DNA of 64,000 nt, taken from positions 16,430 to 80,429 of the IMG/VR virus record IMGVR_UViG_3300020198_000009; one strand, written 5' to 3'. A program made the translations under genes and the position numbers. This DNA comes from a virus. The notes beneath the pieces were generated by a model. That model made no database searches. It was not told where the DNA came from and was given only the letters and a program-made list of their open reading frames with translations. Every line of letters starts with the position of its first letter. Positions within the stretch are counted from its first letter, which is position 1. Shown here piece after piece: positions 18,457 through 27,699 of the stretch.

Positions 18457-20385
18457 ATGATTGCCAGGTACGTCCGGCCAGGCGTCGAGATCCAGCAGGT
18501 CTTCCTGTCAGCCAACCCCACGCTGGTAGCCCCCGACCTGCCGACGGTCGTCGTGGGTCCGAACTACCAAATCGTCGAGGGCGGCGAGGGCGCGGCCTAT
18601 GCGGGCGCCGAACTGGCCCTGGCCTACCCGGACCTCGAAGCGGGCGCCATCATCCTGGAAGACGAGGTGGGCGTCAAGCTCTCGGCCGTGATCAACAAGG
18701 TCATGGGCCAGGCCGATTTGACCTGCGACGTGGCAGACGATGCGCTGACCATCGAGCCGGGCGAGAATGATCCCACCTTCGAGGCGACGGGCGTGGCGGT
18801 GGGCGATAGGATTGCCATCACCAAGGACAACGCGACCTACAGCGTCAAGGTCAAGGCCGTGGTCGACGCCACCACGCTGACCATCGACAAGGATCTCGAT
18901 CTGGCTGGCGCGGCCTTCCTGATCACCCGGCCGCATGCGGCCTTCTACATCCCGGTCGACTCGCTGACGGTCACGGCCGACGACGTGACCATCGCCGCAG
19001 ACCTGATGGTCGACGACCTGTCGGTCTACAGCGCGACGGCCACGGTCGATTACCGGGCGTTGCGCACCGGTACGGCCAACAAGCTGACGACCGTCAACCG
19101 GGCCAGCGACATCACCGCCAAGCTCGGGAAAATCGACGAGCTCAACCCGTTGGCCCTGGGCGCCTCGTTCGCCAAGGCCAACACGGTCAGCTCGGTGCTG
19201 GCCATGGGCATCGAGGGCACCGACGCGGCCGACTGGCTAACGGCCCTCGGCTTCTTGCAGAACGAGGACGTCTACACGGTGGTCCTGCTCACCCAGGACA
19301 GTGCCGTCCAGTCCCAGGTCAAGGCCCATGTCGACGGCATGTCGGTTCCCGAGAAGAGCCGTTTCCGCATCGGCTTCATCAATCTGGCCCACCCGCGCGA
19401 GTCGGTTGCGGCCGAACCGCTCACCCAGGCCTCCCTGGTCCGGGCCGGCGGGGTGGTCAGCGTCTCGCATGCCCAGGCCAATTTCTCGGGCAACGTCCTG
19501 GCCGGCGACTACGTCATCGTCACCAAGCGCACCGCCGCCCCGGCGACCGCCGATCCGACCCTGGAGGGGGCCTACATGGTCTCCTCGGTCAAGAATGACA
19601 GCACGTTGGTCGTCGAGTCCAAGCAGTACACCGGCTCGAATGGCACGTACAGCTTCGTCAAGAATCTCACGCAGGATTTCGCGGCCAACTCGGTTGACAT
19701 CAAGGTGGTCCGGGTCCTCGACAAGGACGGCCAGGCGATGGCCATCGCCCGGACCGCCGATTCGTACGGCGACCGCCGGATCTTCTACATCACCAACCAC
19801 GAGTGCGCGGCCACCGTTGGCGGCCAGGACCTGGTGCTGCCGGGCTACTACCTGTGCGCGGGCTTTGGCGGCATGAACGCCGGCAACCCGCCCCACCAGG
19901 GCTTCACCAACCTGGGCCTGCTGGGCTTCAAGAAGGTCCACTACGGGTCGAAGTACTTCAACGAGGATCAGTGCCAGCTCATCGCGGGATCGGGCGGTTG
20001 GCTGGTTATGCAGGAAACCGACGAGGGCCTGCCCTTCGCCTACCTCCAGACCTCGACCGACAACAGCACCATCCAGCGCCGGGAGCTGTCCATCACCAAG
20101 ACCCTCGACTACTACAGCAAGGGCCTCAAGGCAGTGGTGGGTCGCTTCATCGGCCCGTACAACATCGTCGACGAGACCCTTACGGCGCTGCACAACGGCA
20201 TCGAAGGCTTCCATCAGGGTCTCAAGAGCACGCGGTACGACAAGATTGGCGCGGTGCTCCTATCGGCCGAAATCGTCGAGATCAAGCAGGACGATCTCGA
20301 ATCGGATACCACCCGCATCACCACCCAGGTCGACATCCCGACGCCCTTCAACCGTGCCAAGGTGCGGGTCGAAGTCCAGTCGTAG
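18457..20385 (+). CDS. Contractile tail sheath protein
   Basis: N-terminal YVRPGVEIQQ; C-terminal PHQGFTN...ELSITKTLDY...RFIG.YNI...PTPFNRAKV; AAGGAG SD. Confidence 0.85.
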   Translation: MIARYVRPGVEIQQVFLSANPTLVAPDLPTVVVGPNYQIVEGGEGAAYAGAELALAYPDLEAGAIILEDEVGVKLSAVINKVMGQADLTCDVADDALTIEPGENDPTFEATGVAVGDRIAITKDNATYSVKVKAVVDATTLTIDKDLDLAGAAFLITRPHAAFYIPVDSLTVTADDVTIAADLMVDDLSVYSATATVDYRALRTGTANKLTTVNRASDITAKLGKIDELNPLALGASFAKANTVSSVLAMGIEGTDAADWLTALGFLQNEDVYTVVLLTQDSAVQSQVKAHVDGMSVPEKSRFRIGFINLAHPRESVAAEPLTQASLVRAGGVVSVSHAQANFSGNVLAGDYVIVTKRTAAPATADPTLEGAYMVSSVKNDSTLVVESKQYTGSNGTYSFVKNLTQDFAANSVDIKVVRVLDKDGQAMAIARTADSYGDRRIFYITNHECAATVGGQDLVLPGYYLCAGFGGMNAGNPPHQGFTNLGLLGFKKVHYGSKYFNEDQCQLIAGSGGWLVMQETDEGLPFAYLQTSTDNSTIQRRELSITKTLDYYSKGLKAVVGRFIGPYNIVDETLTALHNGIEGFHQGLKSTRYDKIGAVLLSAEIVEIKQDDLESDTTRITTQVDIPTPFNRAKVRVEVQS

Positions 20386-20398
20386 GAGGAGCAGGTAG

Positions 20399-21169
20399 AT
20401 GGGTTCGCTTTCAGAGTTCCTGGCCCAGGAGAACTTCTTCAAGGACACCGCCCTGGTGGGTGGCAGCACTCCGAACCTCGACTTCGCCAACAAGTTCGTC
20501 CAGTTCAACGACGACCCGCTGCGGGTAGCCTCGGGCGAGGCATCCATCCTGTTTGCCGGGCCGCCCATCCTGGGCAAGCCGGCTGGCGACTTCGCCAGCC
20601 TGCTCATGCCCATCGGCGGCGTCCAGGGCATCCAGGACGGGGGCACGGCCAACGTGGTGCCCTATCGCGAGGTGGGCTCGAAGCTCAAGCGCGCCGCTCG
20701 CGCCAGCGCCGACTACCGCATCAGCATCGGCAAGGTCGTGACCTGGCACTCGAACCTGCTCCACGCGTTCTACTCCTGGATCCCCAAGCTGACGAGCAAG
20801 ACCACCACGTCGAAAGAACTGGAGATGCTCCTGGCACCGGGCAGCCCCAACGCGGGCGGCGGCAGCGATTCGACCGAAAAGAAGGAGGTCGGCCTGGGGC
20901 ACTGGATCAACCTGGATTCGGACATCTTCGCCGTGCCATTCGGCTGCCTGTTCCTGACCGTCACGGGCGGCGGCGAGATCCTGTCGCAGGAGTACTGGGA
21001 GCGCTGCCTGATCGCCGATCTCGGCAAGACGACCGGCGCGGGCCAACCCATGATCCAGGAGCAGGTCAGCCTGATCGTGGGCCGGAAGGTCCCGGCCGGC
21101 AACATCGCGGTCGGCATGACGGGGGCCAAGTTCAAGATCACGACCGGCAACGTCCCAGCCTCCAGATAG
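20399..21169 (+). CDS. Tail tube protein (paralog 1)
   Basis: Follows the sheath; PIGGVQGIQ...YREVGS...YWERCLI. Confidence 0.65.
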   Translation: MGSLSEFLAQENFFKDTALVGGSTPNLDFANKFVQFNDDPLRVASGEASILFAGPPILGKPAGDFASLLMPIGGVQGIQDGGTANVVPYREVGSKLKRAARASADYRISIGKVVTWHSNLLHAFYSWIPKLTSKTTTSKELEMLLAPGSPNAGGGSDSTEKKEVGLGHWINLDSDIFAVPFGCLFLTVTGGGEILSQEYWERCLIADLGKTTGAGQPMIQEQVSLIVGRKVPAGNIAVGMTGAKFKITTGNVPASR

Positions 21170-21178
21170 GCGGCAGAA

Positions 21179-21988
21179 ATGGCCGGCCTGCGAGATCTCG
21201 ACGGGCGCCGCTACGACGCCTTCACGAGGCTGGGCGACAGCGAAGCCCCGCCTAATCCGACCTCCAAGGTCGTCTGGCGAGACGAGCTGGCGGGAGACCT
21301 GCCCAACCCGGCCTTCACCTTCCTGCTCTCGGGTCCGCCCGAGGCGGCCATGGCCCATGTCGGGTCCATGACCCCCATCGGCATGGTGCAGGGCATCCAG
21401 TACGCCACCGCCCGGCAATCGGCCGACATCCCCGAACTGGGCGCCAAGCACTACCACACCTTCGGGTCGCGGTTCAAGCACAACATCACCATCGGGCGCA
21501 TCTGGGCGCGATCGGCCAATCTGCTCGGAGCCCTGTACCGCTGGCACATCCGGCAACTCACGACCGATAACGTCCAGGGCGGAAGCCCGGGAGCCAGGCT
21601 GATGTACGACCCGGCTTACCGGCAGCCCGTCGAGGCCAAGGCGCCCACGGTACCCGCAAGGGATCAGGGGCGAAGCTACCAGATCATGAGCGTCGATTCC
21701 GACCTGCTGGCCATCCCGCTGGGCCTGTACGTGCTCTACCTGACCGACGACGGCCAGGCGATCGCCGGCGAGTTCTGGGAGCGCTGCATGGTCATGCAGC
21801 TCGCCCGGGCGATCGACGTCAACAACCCGCTCATGCTGGAGAACATGCAGCTGGTCGCCCGGCGCGTGGTCCCTATGCTCTTCGGGGCGCCCTCGGGCGG
21901 CTTTGCTCGCCAGAAGGTGATCATCCCGGATCGCTCCGAGGGGCCCGACTTCCGCCCACCCCCGCGCCCCGCCATGGAATCGGCCTAG
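21179..21988 (+). CDS. Tail tube-like protein (paralog 2)
   Basis: PIGMVQGIQ...IPELGA...FWERCMV; clearly similar to 20399-21169. Confidence 0.6.
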   Translation: MAGLRDLDGRRYDAFTRLGDSEAPPNPTSKVVWRDELAGDLPNPAFTFLLSGPPEAAMAHVGSMTPIGMVQGIQYATARQSADIPELGAKHYHTFGSRFKHNITIGRIWARSANLLGALYRWHIRQLTTDNVQGGSPGARLMYDPAYRQPVEAKAPTVPARDQGRSYQIMSVDSDLLAIPLGLYVLYLTDDGQAIAGEFWERCMVMQLARAIDVNNPLMLENMQLVARRVVPMLFGAPSGGFARQKVIIPDRSEGPDFRPPPRPAMESA

Positions 21989-22069
21989 GCTTCGAGGCGC
22001 GGCAACGGACCGACGTCCGGTGCCAGCCGGGGCAGACCCATGTCGGGCAGGACGGACTCGGACGACGTG

Positions 22070-23014
22070 TCAGGACCAGACGCCGGTTTCGGGGTTGCGC
22101 GTGCCAGGTCCTGCTCCAGTCGCCGAAGGTCGATACCCGGGCCCATCCTCCGCACCGCCGAGCGAATCCTTTGCCATGGCTGCATCGAGCACCTCCGCGA
22201 AGACCGTCTCGAAATCCCGGCCCTCGACCGGATCGAGATACCACATCCGGGATCTGTCTGGAAAGGCGAAGTCGGGGATGGGCAGGCGCGCCAGCGGCCC
22301 ACCGATGTCGGCTTCCTTGATCGTGAGGATCTGGCGCACGCCATAGCGCCGGCGCTCGGTGCGCTGGACGCCCGTGACGTGCCAGACGTGGTTGGGCGGC
22401 ACCATCTCGACCAGCACATCCTCGGGGGCGATGAGCGTCCAGTTGCTGGTCCAGCAGTTCCCGTTGGAATTCTCGCTGATGATTTCCTCGCGCACCTCGA
22501 CCCCCTGGCTCTTGAGGGCCTGGATGCCGATGTAAAAGGGGACCGGTGGGTAGTAGCCGCCCTCCAGGCCAACCCCGAAGCACACGGTGCAGTTGCTTCC
22601 GGCCGGCCCGCGCACCGGATCGCGCGCGCAGCGCGTACAGCGCTTGCCGCTGCGCCGACGCGCGTAGAGCAGGGCCGGCACGCCATCGAAACGGGCCAGC
22701 TGGAAGCGCTCGCGCCGCCCGAAGCGCAGGGCCGCATCGTCGGGGGCCACCGACAGCGCCGCGACGTTCGAGACCACCCGCTCGCCCTCGACGATGGCCT
22801 CAACCCGGTAGAAAAGTGGATCGAACTTGCCGTGACGCACGATGCGATCGACGTAGGCCAGGGCCTTGACGGCCCCCACCGGCTCGAAACCCGTGACGGC
22901 GCTGCCCGAGCGCTGGACCTCGAAGCGCACGTCGTCCTCGATGTCCTCGGAGGGCTCCCAGCGCAGCGCAATGCGATCGTGCGACACGAAGAGCGTCTGG
23001 AGCCGGATCTCCAT
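22070..23014 (-). CDS. Putative head-completion/neck protein
   Basis: FN3-like N-terminus; GKRCTRC...CTVCFGVGLEGGY; lies between capsid and tail genes. Confidence 0.55.
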   Translation of the reverse strand: MEIRLQTLFVSHDRIALRWEPSEDIEDDVRFEVQRSGSAVTGFEPVGAVKALAYVDRIVRHGKFDPLFYRVEAIVEGERVVSNVAALSVAPDDAALRFGRRERFQLARFDGVPALLYARRRSGKRCTRCARDPVRGPAGSNCTVCFGVGLEGGYYPPVPFYIGIQALKSQGVEVREEIISENSNGNCWTSNWTLIAPEDVLVEMVPPNHVWHVTGVQRTERRRYGVRQILTIKEADIGGPLARLPIPDFAFPDRSRMWYLDPVEGRDFETVFAEVLDAAMAKDSLGGAEDGPGYRPSATGAGPGTRNPETGVWS

Positions 23015-23017
23015 GGC

Positions 23018-23539
23018 CTAGAGCCAGCCCCAGCCGCCGGGCGACCCGACCCCCGACCAGCCGTTGGCGACGTTGAGGCGTGCCTTGAGCTTGTTCATGC
23101 GATCGTCGTTGCGCGCCTCCTCGTGGCGGGCGATTTGCAGCAATGGCTGCCATTGCTCGTGGATGGGCACCTGCAAGCCGGCATCCTGGGCCGACCATTG
23201 CTGGCGGGCATGCCAGGTGTAGAGCTTCTGGAGGGCGCCCGCGACGGCCATGTCTTCGAGCAGTTTCCGATCGGGGAAGTCCTTGGGCCCATACTGGGTG
23301 AACATGGGCGGTGCGGCATTGAACTCGGCGATGGCGTCGACCACGCAGTTGCAGTACTCGTCGTCGGTGAGCTCGTAGCGCACCAGCTCGTTGAGGTGCG
23401 GGTAGTCGCGCAACTCGCCCCGCACGTCCTCGATGGTGATGGCCACCTGGTCCATCACGTCGGCCGGAATCGGCACCTTGGCCTGGTTCTCATCGAGGGT
23501 GTAACCCTTGATGAGATCCTTGGCGCCGTAGGTGGGCAT
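23018..23539 (-). CDS. Putative head-tail adaptor protein
   Basis: Helical 173 aa protein (VRGELRD..LNEL...AIAEFN..PP) downstream of the major capsid gene; AAGGA SD. Confidence 0.55.
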   Translation of the reverse strand: MPTYGAKDLIKGYTLDENQAKVPIPADVMDQVAITIEDVRGELRDYPHLNELVRYELTDDEYCNCVVDAIAEFNAAPPMFTQYGPKDFPDRKLLEDMAVAGALQKLYTWHARQQWSAQDAGLQVPIHEQWQPLLQIARHEEARNDDRMNKLKARLNVANGWSGVGSPGGWGWL

Positions 23540-23621
23540 GGTAGGGTCCTTTCACCAGCAGGCGCCCGCGGCCGAACCGCGAGCGCCGGGCTGTTGTCGG
23601 GTGTCTAGGGGGGGGCGTCGG

Positions 23622-23993
23622 TTATCTCTTGCCGCGCCGCCGCGGCTTGGCGCTGACCCGCTCGGGCCCCATGGCCTCGGGCTCGGGAGACTGATCGTCG
23701 GCGTCGGTGGCCAGCGGGTCGTCGACCAGGATGGCTGGACCTTCCGGGGCCGGCTCGGGCGCCGGTGGCGAGGCGGCTGCCATGGCCGGCTTAGGCCTGG
23801 GCTTGGCCTCGACCTTGACGGGCGCCGGGCCGATGGCAATCCGGGGCGGATTGGCTTCCAGCCAGCGCCGGCCGTGATGGCGCAGCCAGTGGTCGAACTG
23901 GCGCTGCTCGATGTCCCGGCCCTGGCCCGGGCCGATGGACTTGCCGGCCACGACGATCGTGGCGCGATCGAGCAGATTGGTCACATAGGGCAT
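23622..23993 (-). CDS. Hypothetical protein with Pro-rich linker and basic tail
   Basis: GAGG SD; downstream of the TATAAT promoter. Confidence 0.5.
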   Translation of the reverse strand: MPYVTNLLDRATIVVAGKSIGPGQGRDIEQRQFDHWLRHHGRRWLEANPPRIAIGPAPVKVEAKPRPKPAMAAASPPAPEPAPEGPAILVDDPLATDADDQSPEPEAMGPERVSAKPRRRGKR

Positions 23994-24011
23994 GCCGCTT
24001 CCTCGCTCTGT

Positions 24012-24035
24012 AGGTCCTACCACTTGAATTATAGG
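24012..24035 (-). promoter_or_regulatory. Putative late promoter CCTATAATTC followed by a TGGTAGGACCT site
   Basis: Minus strand reads CCTATAATTCAAGTGGTAGGACCT. Confidence 0.6.
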
Positions 24036-24061
24036 CCGCCGCCCTGCGAGGGGCGACGGCC
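24034..24061 (-). terminator. GC-rich hairpin downstream of the major capsid gene (possible terminator or stabilising stem)
   Basis: 11-bp stem GGCCGTCGCCC/GGGCGGCGGCC followed by TATAATT; no clean U-tract. Confidence 0.4.
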
Positions 24062-24084
24062 AGACCAGGCTCGCGGGCGCCGAC

Positions 24085-25014
24085 CTAGGTCAACGTCTGC
24101 TTGAGCACGCCGCGCCGGTTCATGATTGACCGACCGATGATTTCGCGCGTATTGGTCGAGAGGATGCCGTCCTCGAACTTGAGCCACTGCTCGGCGTCGG
24201 CGAGCATCTTGGCGACGCCCAGGTACTTCTGGGGGGCCAGGTAGTATAGTATGCCTTCTGGGATGACGTCCGAATTATTCGTCGTCGCCCAGACAAGGCC
24301 GAACCAGGACTTGTAGCTCGTAGCGTCGCCCTTGGCGCCGTGTTCGACGATCGGCTGCATCACCAGCGAGCCCACTTCGCTGCTATTCCAACGAAGGATG
24401 TCTGCGTACGTCGCTTCGTGCAGCGCTACGCTCTGGACCATCAGTCGATTCCGGCTGACGGCCTTGAGCGCCTCGGACAGGGCGTCCTTGCTGAACGGGG
24501 CTGCGCTGGAGATGTCGTTGTCGTCACCGACCGAAGCGACACAGCGCTCGAAAGCGTTCACCAGGAAGATGTCCTCGACCGCGAGGATGTCATTCTTGGC
24601 GACGCTTTCGACAAAAGTTCGTATCGGGTAGTTGTTGGCGAGCAGCTGGGTCTCGGTCAGGCGGATCGTCTTGGTCTTGATGGGTTTGAAGTACACCGGC
24701 GCGACGCTCGACCGGAACCAGAGATCCTTGGACGGCTGCATGAAGTCGACGGCCGTCGCCAAGTACTCGTTGAACTGAACGGCCACCGGCACGAAAATGA
24801 CCGGCACGTCGGGATAGTCCTTGTCGGTCGACAGCTGCATGGGCGTCACCGGCTCGAAGGGGAGCAGGCGACGGCCGATGCCGTCTTCCCGGAGCAGGGT
24901 CAGGACGATGTCCTCGTTGATGGTGTTGGCCACCTTCTCGCGGCCCGCTTCGCCGTTGCGCAATTCGAGCAAAAGGCCCTGATTGAGCGTCCGGGCGTCT
25001 GCCATGTCACTCAT
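24085..25014 (-). CDS. Major capsid protein
   Basis: 309 aa; LLREDGIGRRLLP N-arm motif; position downstream of protease, scaffold and decoration genes; GAGGAG SD; EKVA near residue 28. Confidence 0.75.
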   Translation of the reverse strand: MSDMADARTLNQGLLLELRNGEAGREKVANTINEDIVLTLLREDGIGRRLLPFEPVTPMQLSTDKDYPDVPVIFVPVAVQFNEYLATAVDFMQPSKDLWFRSSVAPVYFKPIKTKTIRLTETQLLANNYPIRTFVESVAKNDILAVEDIFLVNAFERCVASVGDDNDISSAAPFSKDALSEALKAVSRNRLMVQSVALHEATYADILRWNSSEVGSLVMQPIVEHGAKGDATSYKSWFGLVWATTNNSDVIPEGILYYLAPQKYLGVAKMLADAEQWLKFEDGILSTNTREIIGRSIMNRRGVLKQTLT

Positions 25015-25039
25015 TGTTCGTTTCTCCTCGTTGCTGCGC

Positions 25040-25552
25040 TTACAGCGTGATGCGCGCGGCGATTGAGCTCGCGCCGACCACTGTCGCCGGAGCCAGGACC
25101 TGCCCGATGACCGTGTCGTTGTCGCCGGCCACGTCGAGCTTGCCGTTGGTGATGGTGAGGTTGGCGCCGGCCGTGTAGTCAGCCAGCTGGGTGCCGCCGT
25201 CGGCGATGGTGAGCACCGCGCTCGGCCAGACGCCCTCGATGGTGCCGGCCAGGCCGGTGGGAGTGTCGGTGCGATCCTCGCCCGGGAATGCGCTGTTCTC
25301 GTCGACGATCGCGATGATGCGCTCGGAAAACGCCGTGAAGATGAGCACGCGCTTGCCGGCCGCGGTGTCGGCCGAGACCCACTTGCCCTGGCCGTCCGGC
25401 TTGAGGAACATTCCGTCCTTGATCGCGGCCGCCACGTCGACGGTACTCGCGAGCGGGCAGGGCTGCTTGTAGTAGTTGCCGGCGATCAGATCGAACTTGC
25501 CATCGTCGATGGTCTTGCGCAGATCGCCCGGCTTACCGAAACTGATAGGCAT
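25040..25552 (-). CDS. Putative capsid decoration protein
   Basis: 170 aa, beta-rich, immediately upstream of MCP; YTAGANLTITNGKL...VIGQV. Confidence 0.6.
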   Translation of the reverse strand: MPISFGKPGDLRKTIDDGKFDLIAGNYYKQPCPLASTVDVAAAIKDGMFLKPDGQGKWVSADTAAGKRVLIFTAFSERIIAIVDENSAFPGEDRTDTPTGLAGTIEGVWPSAVLTIADGGTQLADYTAGANLTITNGKLDVAGDNDTVIGQVLAPATVVGASSIAARITL

Positions 25553-25570
25553 GGTCTTTGCGTCTCCTCG

Positions 25571-26458
25571 TTAGAGCCCGGAATGGCCGCGATAGGCGTC
25601 CAGGCACATCTGCTCGAACCCGTTGGTCTGGGGCTTGCCGGGCGTCTCGGCCCCGACGGCCTCGCCCAGTCCGGCGGTCTTGAGATTCTCCTGACCGCGC
25701 AGGAAGGCCGAGAACAGCGTCTGGGCATCCTCGGGGCTGCGTAGGTAGGTGTCCTCGAAGATCCGCGCGTGCTTGTCGAGCTCGGCATCCGCGATGACCC
25801 CGGCGTCGACCAAGTCGCGGGCGTACTTGGCACCATTGGCCATCGCCGGGATGCGTTCGAGCAGGTCGGCGGCGGCTTGCAGGTGCGCACTGGCACTCAT
25901 GGACTCGTGACTCCTCTTTTCTTCCAGGTGCCGGGCGATTTCGGTTCCGCCGTAGGCCGCCGCCGCGTCGGTGGCGATGTTGCGAACGGTCTTACCGGCT
26001 TCGCCCGTGAGGCTGGGGACTCGCACCCCGTGGAAAGTCGTGGCGAAATCCCTGTTCTTGCGGGCTTTTGCCACCAGGCTCCGGATGTCCTCGCTGGGAT
26101 TATAGTGATTCTCAATGAGATCCCGGAGGTGATCGCGCAGTACTTTTTCACGCCCTGGGTCCGTTTTTCGGACGTTTTCGAGTTTTTTCGCGATTCGCTC
26201 CCAATCCTCGGCGCGCACCGTGAGATCCTCGCGCCGCACGAAGGCCCGGTGACGTGGCGCCAAGGCGAAATCCACCTTCTCGCCCAGGCGCGCCAGGGCC
26301 GCCCCCCATTCGCGGGGATCGGCCGCGGCGGGCAGCGATCGGCCCGTGAACTCGCGACTGACGGCCGAGATGGGCCGGTACAGCACATGATGGCCGATGT
26401 CGGCCAACAGGCTGCCGTTCTCGGGCCGGACCAGCAGGTCGTGGATGTCGGCCCGCAT
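25571..26458 (-). CDS. Putative scaffold/head protein (possible second start at 25900)
   Basis: KYA, KHA and KTA motifs in the C-terminal half; internal GAGGAG + ATG at 25900. Confidence 0.5.
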   Translation of the reverse strand: MRADIHDLLVRPENGSLLADIGHHVLYRPISAVSREFTGRSLPAAADPREWGAALARLGEKVDFALAPRHRAFVRREDLTVRAEDWERIAKKLENVRKTDPGREKVLRDHLRDLIENHYNPSEDIRSLVAKARKNRDFATTFHGVRVPSLTGEAGKTVRNIATDAAAAYGGTEIARHLEEKRSHESMSASAHLQAAADLLERIPAMANGAKYARDLVDAGVIADAELDKHARIFEDTYLRSPEDAQTLFSAFLRGQENLKTAGLGEAVGAETPGKPQTNGFEQMCLDAYRGHSGL

Positions 26459-26475
26459 CGCGGGACCCCCGGGGC

Positions 26476-26679
26476 CTAGGCCAATGGAGGCTGGTTGCAG
26501 AGCTCCATGAAGATCAGGTCCTCATAGATGCCGGCCAGCTTCTCGGTGTAGATCGGGTCGAACCCGGCGGCCGCAGCGCCCGGCACCGTGCCGGCGGCCT
26601 TCTCGGCGCCCAGCTGCATGGCCGCGGCGCGGAGTTCGGCGGCGACCTTGCCCAGCGCTTCTTCGATCTTGGGATCCAT
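26476..26679 (-). CDS. Small K-x-A-rich head protein
   Basis: 67 aa with KVA, KAA and KLA; GGAG SD. Confidence 0.55.
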   Translation of the reverse strand: MDPKIEEALGKVAAELRAAAMQLGAEKAAGTVPGAAAAGFDPIYTEKLAGIYEDLIFMELCNQPPLA

Positions 26680-26691
26680 GGGGATGATCTC

Positions 26692-26973
26692 CTAAGAGGC
26701 GGCGTAGCCGGCGTTGAAGGCGGCCTGCTTGTCGAGTTCGAACAGGATGGCGTCGAACTCGGGATCGGCGGCGGCGAGTTTGTCGAGCTGGTCGTAGAAG
26801 GCCGTGTTGAAGAGATCGGAAGCCGCGTCGTCCTGGGCATAGGCGCTCTTGACGGCCAGTTCTTCCCAGTAGGCGTTGTTCCAGGCGATCTCGGCGGCCG
26901 ATTTGGTCTGCTGGAGCTCGGGGACCGCGCCCTGATTGGCCAGCAGGTTCTGGTAGGCGGTGTAGGGATCCAT
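26692..26973 (-). CDS. Small head protein with MDPYTAYQ leader
   Basis: KSA x2, KLA, KQA; C-terminus paralogous to 26983-27432. Confidence 0.65.
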   Translation of the reverse strand: MDPYTAYQNLLANQGAVPELQQTKSAAEIAWNNAYWEELAVKSAYAQDDAASDLFNTAFYDQLDKLAAADPEFDAILFELDKQAAFNAGYAAS

Positions 26974-27114
26974 GTCTTCCTCCTACTGGACGGAACCAGC
27001 GGCGTAGCCGGCGTTGAAGGCGGCCTGCTTCTGCTGCTCGAACAAGAGGGCGTCGAACTCGGGGTCGGCCGCAGCGAGCTTGTCTATCTGATCGAAGAAG
27101 GCCTCGTTGAAGAG
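26701..27114. repeat. Diverged direct repeat (26701-26814 vs 27001-27114, 300-bp offset)
   Basis: First 30 bp identical (GGCGTAGCCGGCGTTGAAGGCGGCCTGCTT); both copies encode LFN.AF.DQ.DKLAAADPEFDA.LFE..KQAAFNAGYAA. Confidence 0.85.
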
Positions 27115-27432
27115 GGCCTGCTTGGTCTGGGGATCGAAATCGTACTCGGCGGCCTCTTTGGCGACCAGGTCGCCCAGCAGCAGGTTGCGCTCGGCCAGGG
27201 CCGCGTTGTAGCGGGTGATGGCCGCGGTCGCGTACGCCGCCTTGATGTGATCGGGCAGATTCGCGATGTCCTGCGCGATCTTCTCGGCCGGGACTTCCGG
27301 ATTGCCCTGGCCGGCCGCCTTGATCTCCGGGGCGGCCGGGTCGATCGCCGGAGTCTCGGCGGGTGCCGCCGCAGCGGCCTTGGTGACCTGTTCCTGCTCC
27401 ATTGCGGTCAGGAGATCGTCGAGGTAGCTCAT
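26983..27432 (-). CDS. K-x-A-rich scaffold/head protein
   Basis: KAA, KIA, KEA, KQA and KLA repeated; acidic and Ala-rich. Confidence 0.65.
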   Translation of the reverse strand: MSYLDDLLTAMEQEQVTKAAAAAPAETPAIDPAAPEIKAAGQGNPEVPAEKIAQDIANLPDHIKAAYATAAITRYNAALAERNLLLGDLVAKEAAEYDFDPQTKQALFNEAFFDQIDKLAAADPEFDALLFEQQKQAAFNAGYAAGSVQ

Positions 27433-27456
27433 GGTTTTTCGCAGGGCCTCCTGTTC

Positions 27457-27481
27457 GAATTATAGAGTGGTGGTATTACCA
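27457..27481 (-). promoter_or_regulatory. Putative late promoter TCTATAATTC with an upstream TGGTAATACCA palindrome
   Basis: ATTATA at 27459-27464; TGGTATTACCA at 27471-27481. Confidence 0.55.
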
Positions 27482-27699
27482 ACGCCGGTGGCGGACTCGA
27501 TGCCGCCCGCCAGCGCCCGCACGGCCGGCGGGAAGAGTGCGTAGTCGACGACCGCTCCGGCCCCCTGACCGATCAGACCGGCCGGCCCGCGGCCCGGGTA
27601 GGTGAAGAAACCCACCAGCGCAGGGATGGCCGACGGATGCCGCTCATCGCCTTCGGCCGCGGCCTTGGCGCGGGCCATGTACAGCTCGTAGGGCGTCAT
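27460..27699 (-). CDS. MTPY-leader small protein
   Basis: MTPYELYMARAKAAA; ATGA overlap with the protease stop codon. Confidence 0.6.
   Translation of the reverse strand: MTPYELYMARAKAAAEGDERHPSAIPALVGFFTYPGRGPAGLIGQGAGAVVDYALFPPAVRALAGGIESATGVGNTTTL

Noticed and set aside
18457-21988. Bacterial eCIS/tailocin
   Set aside because: Capsid, portal, protease and terminase genes are present, indicating a complete phage
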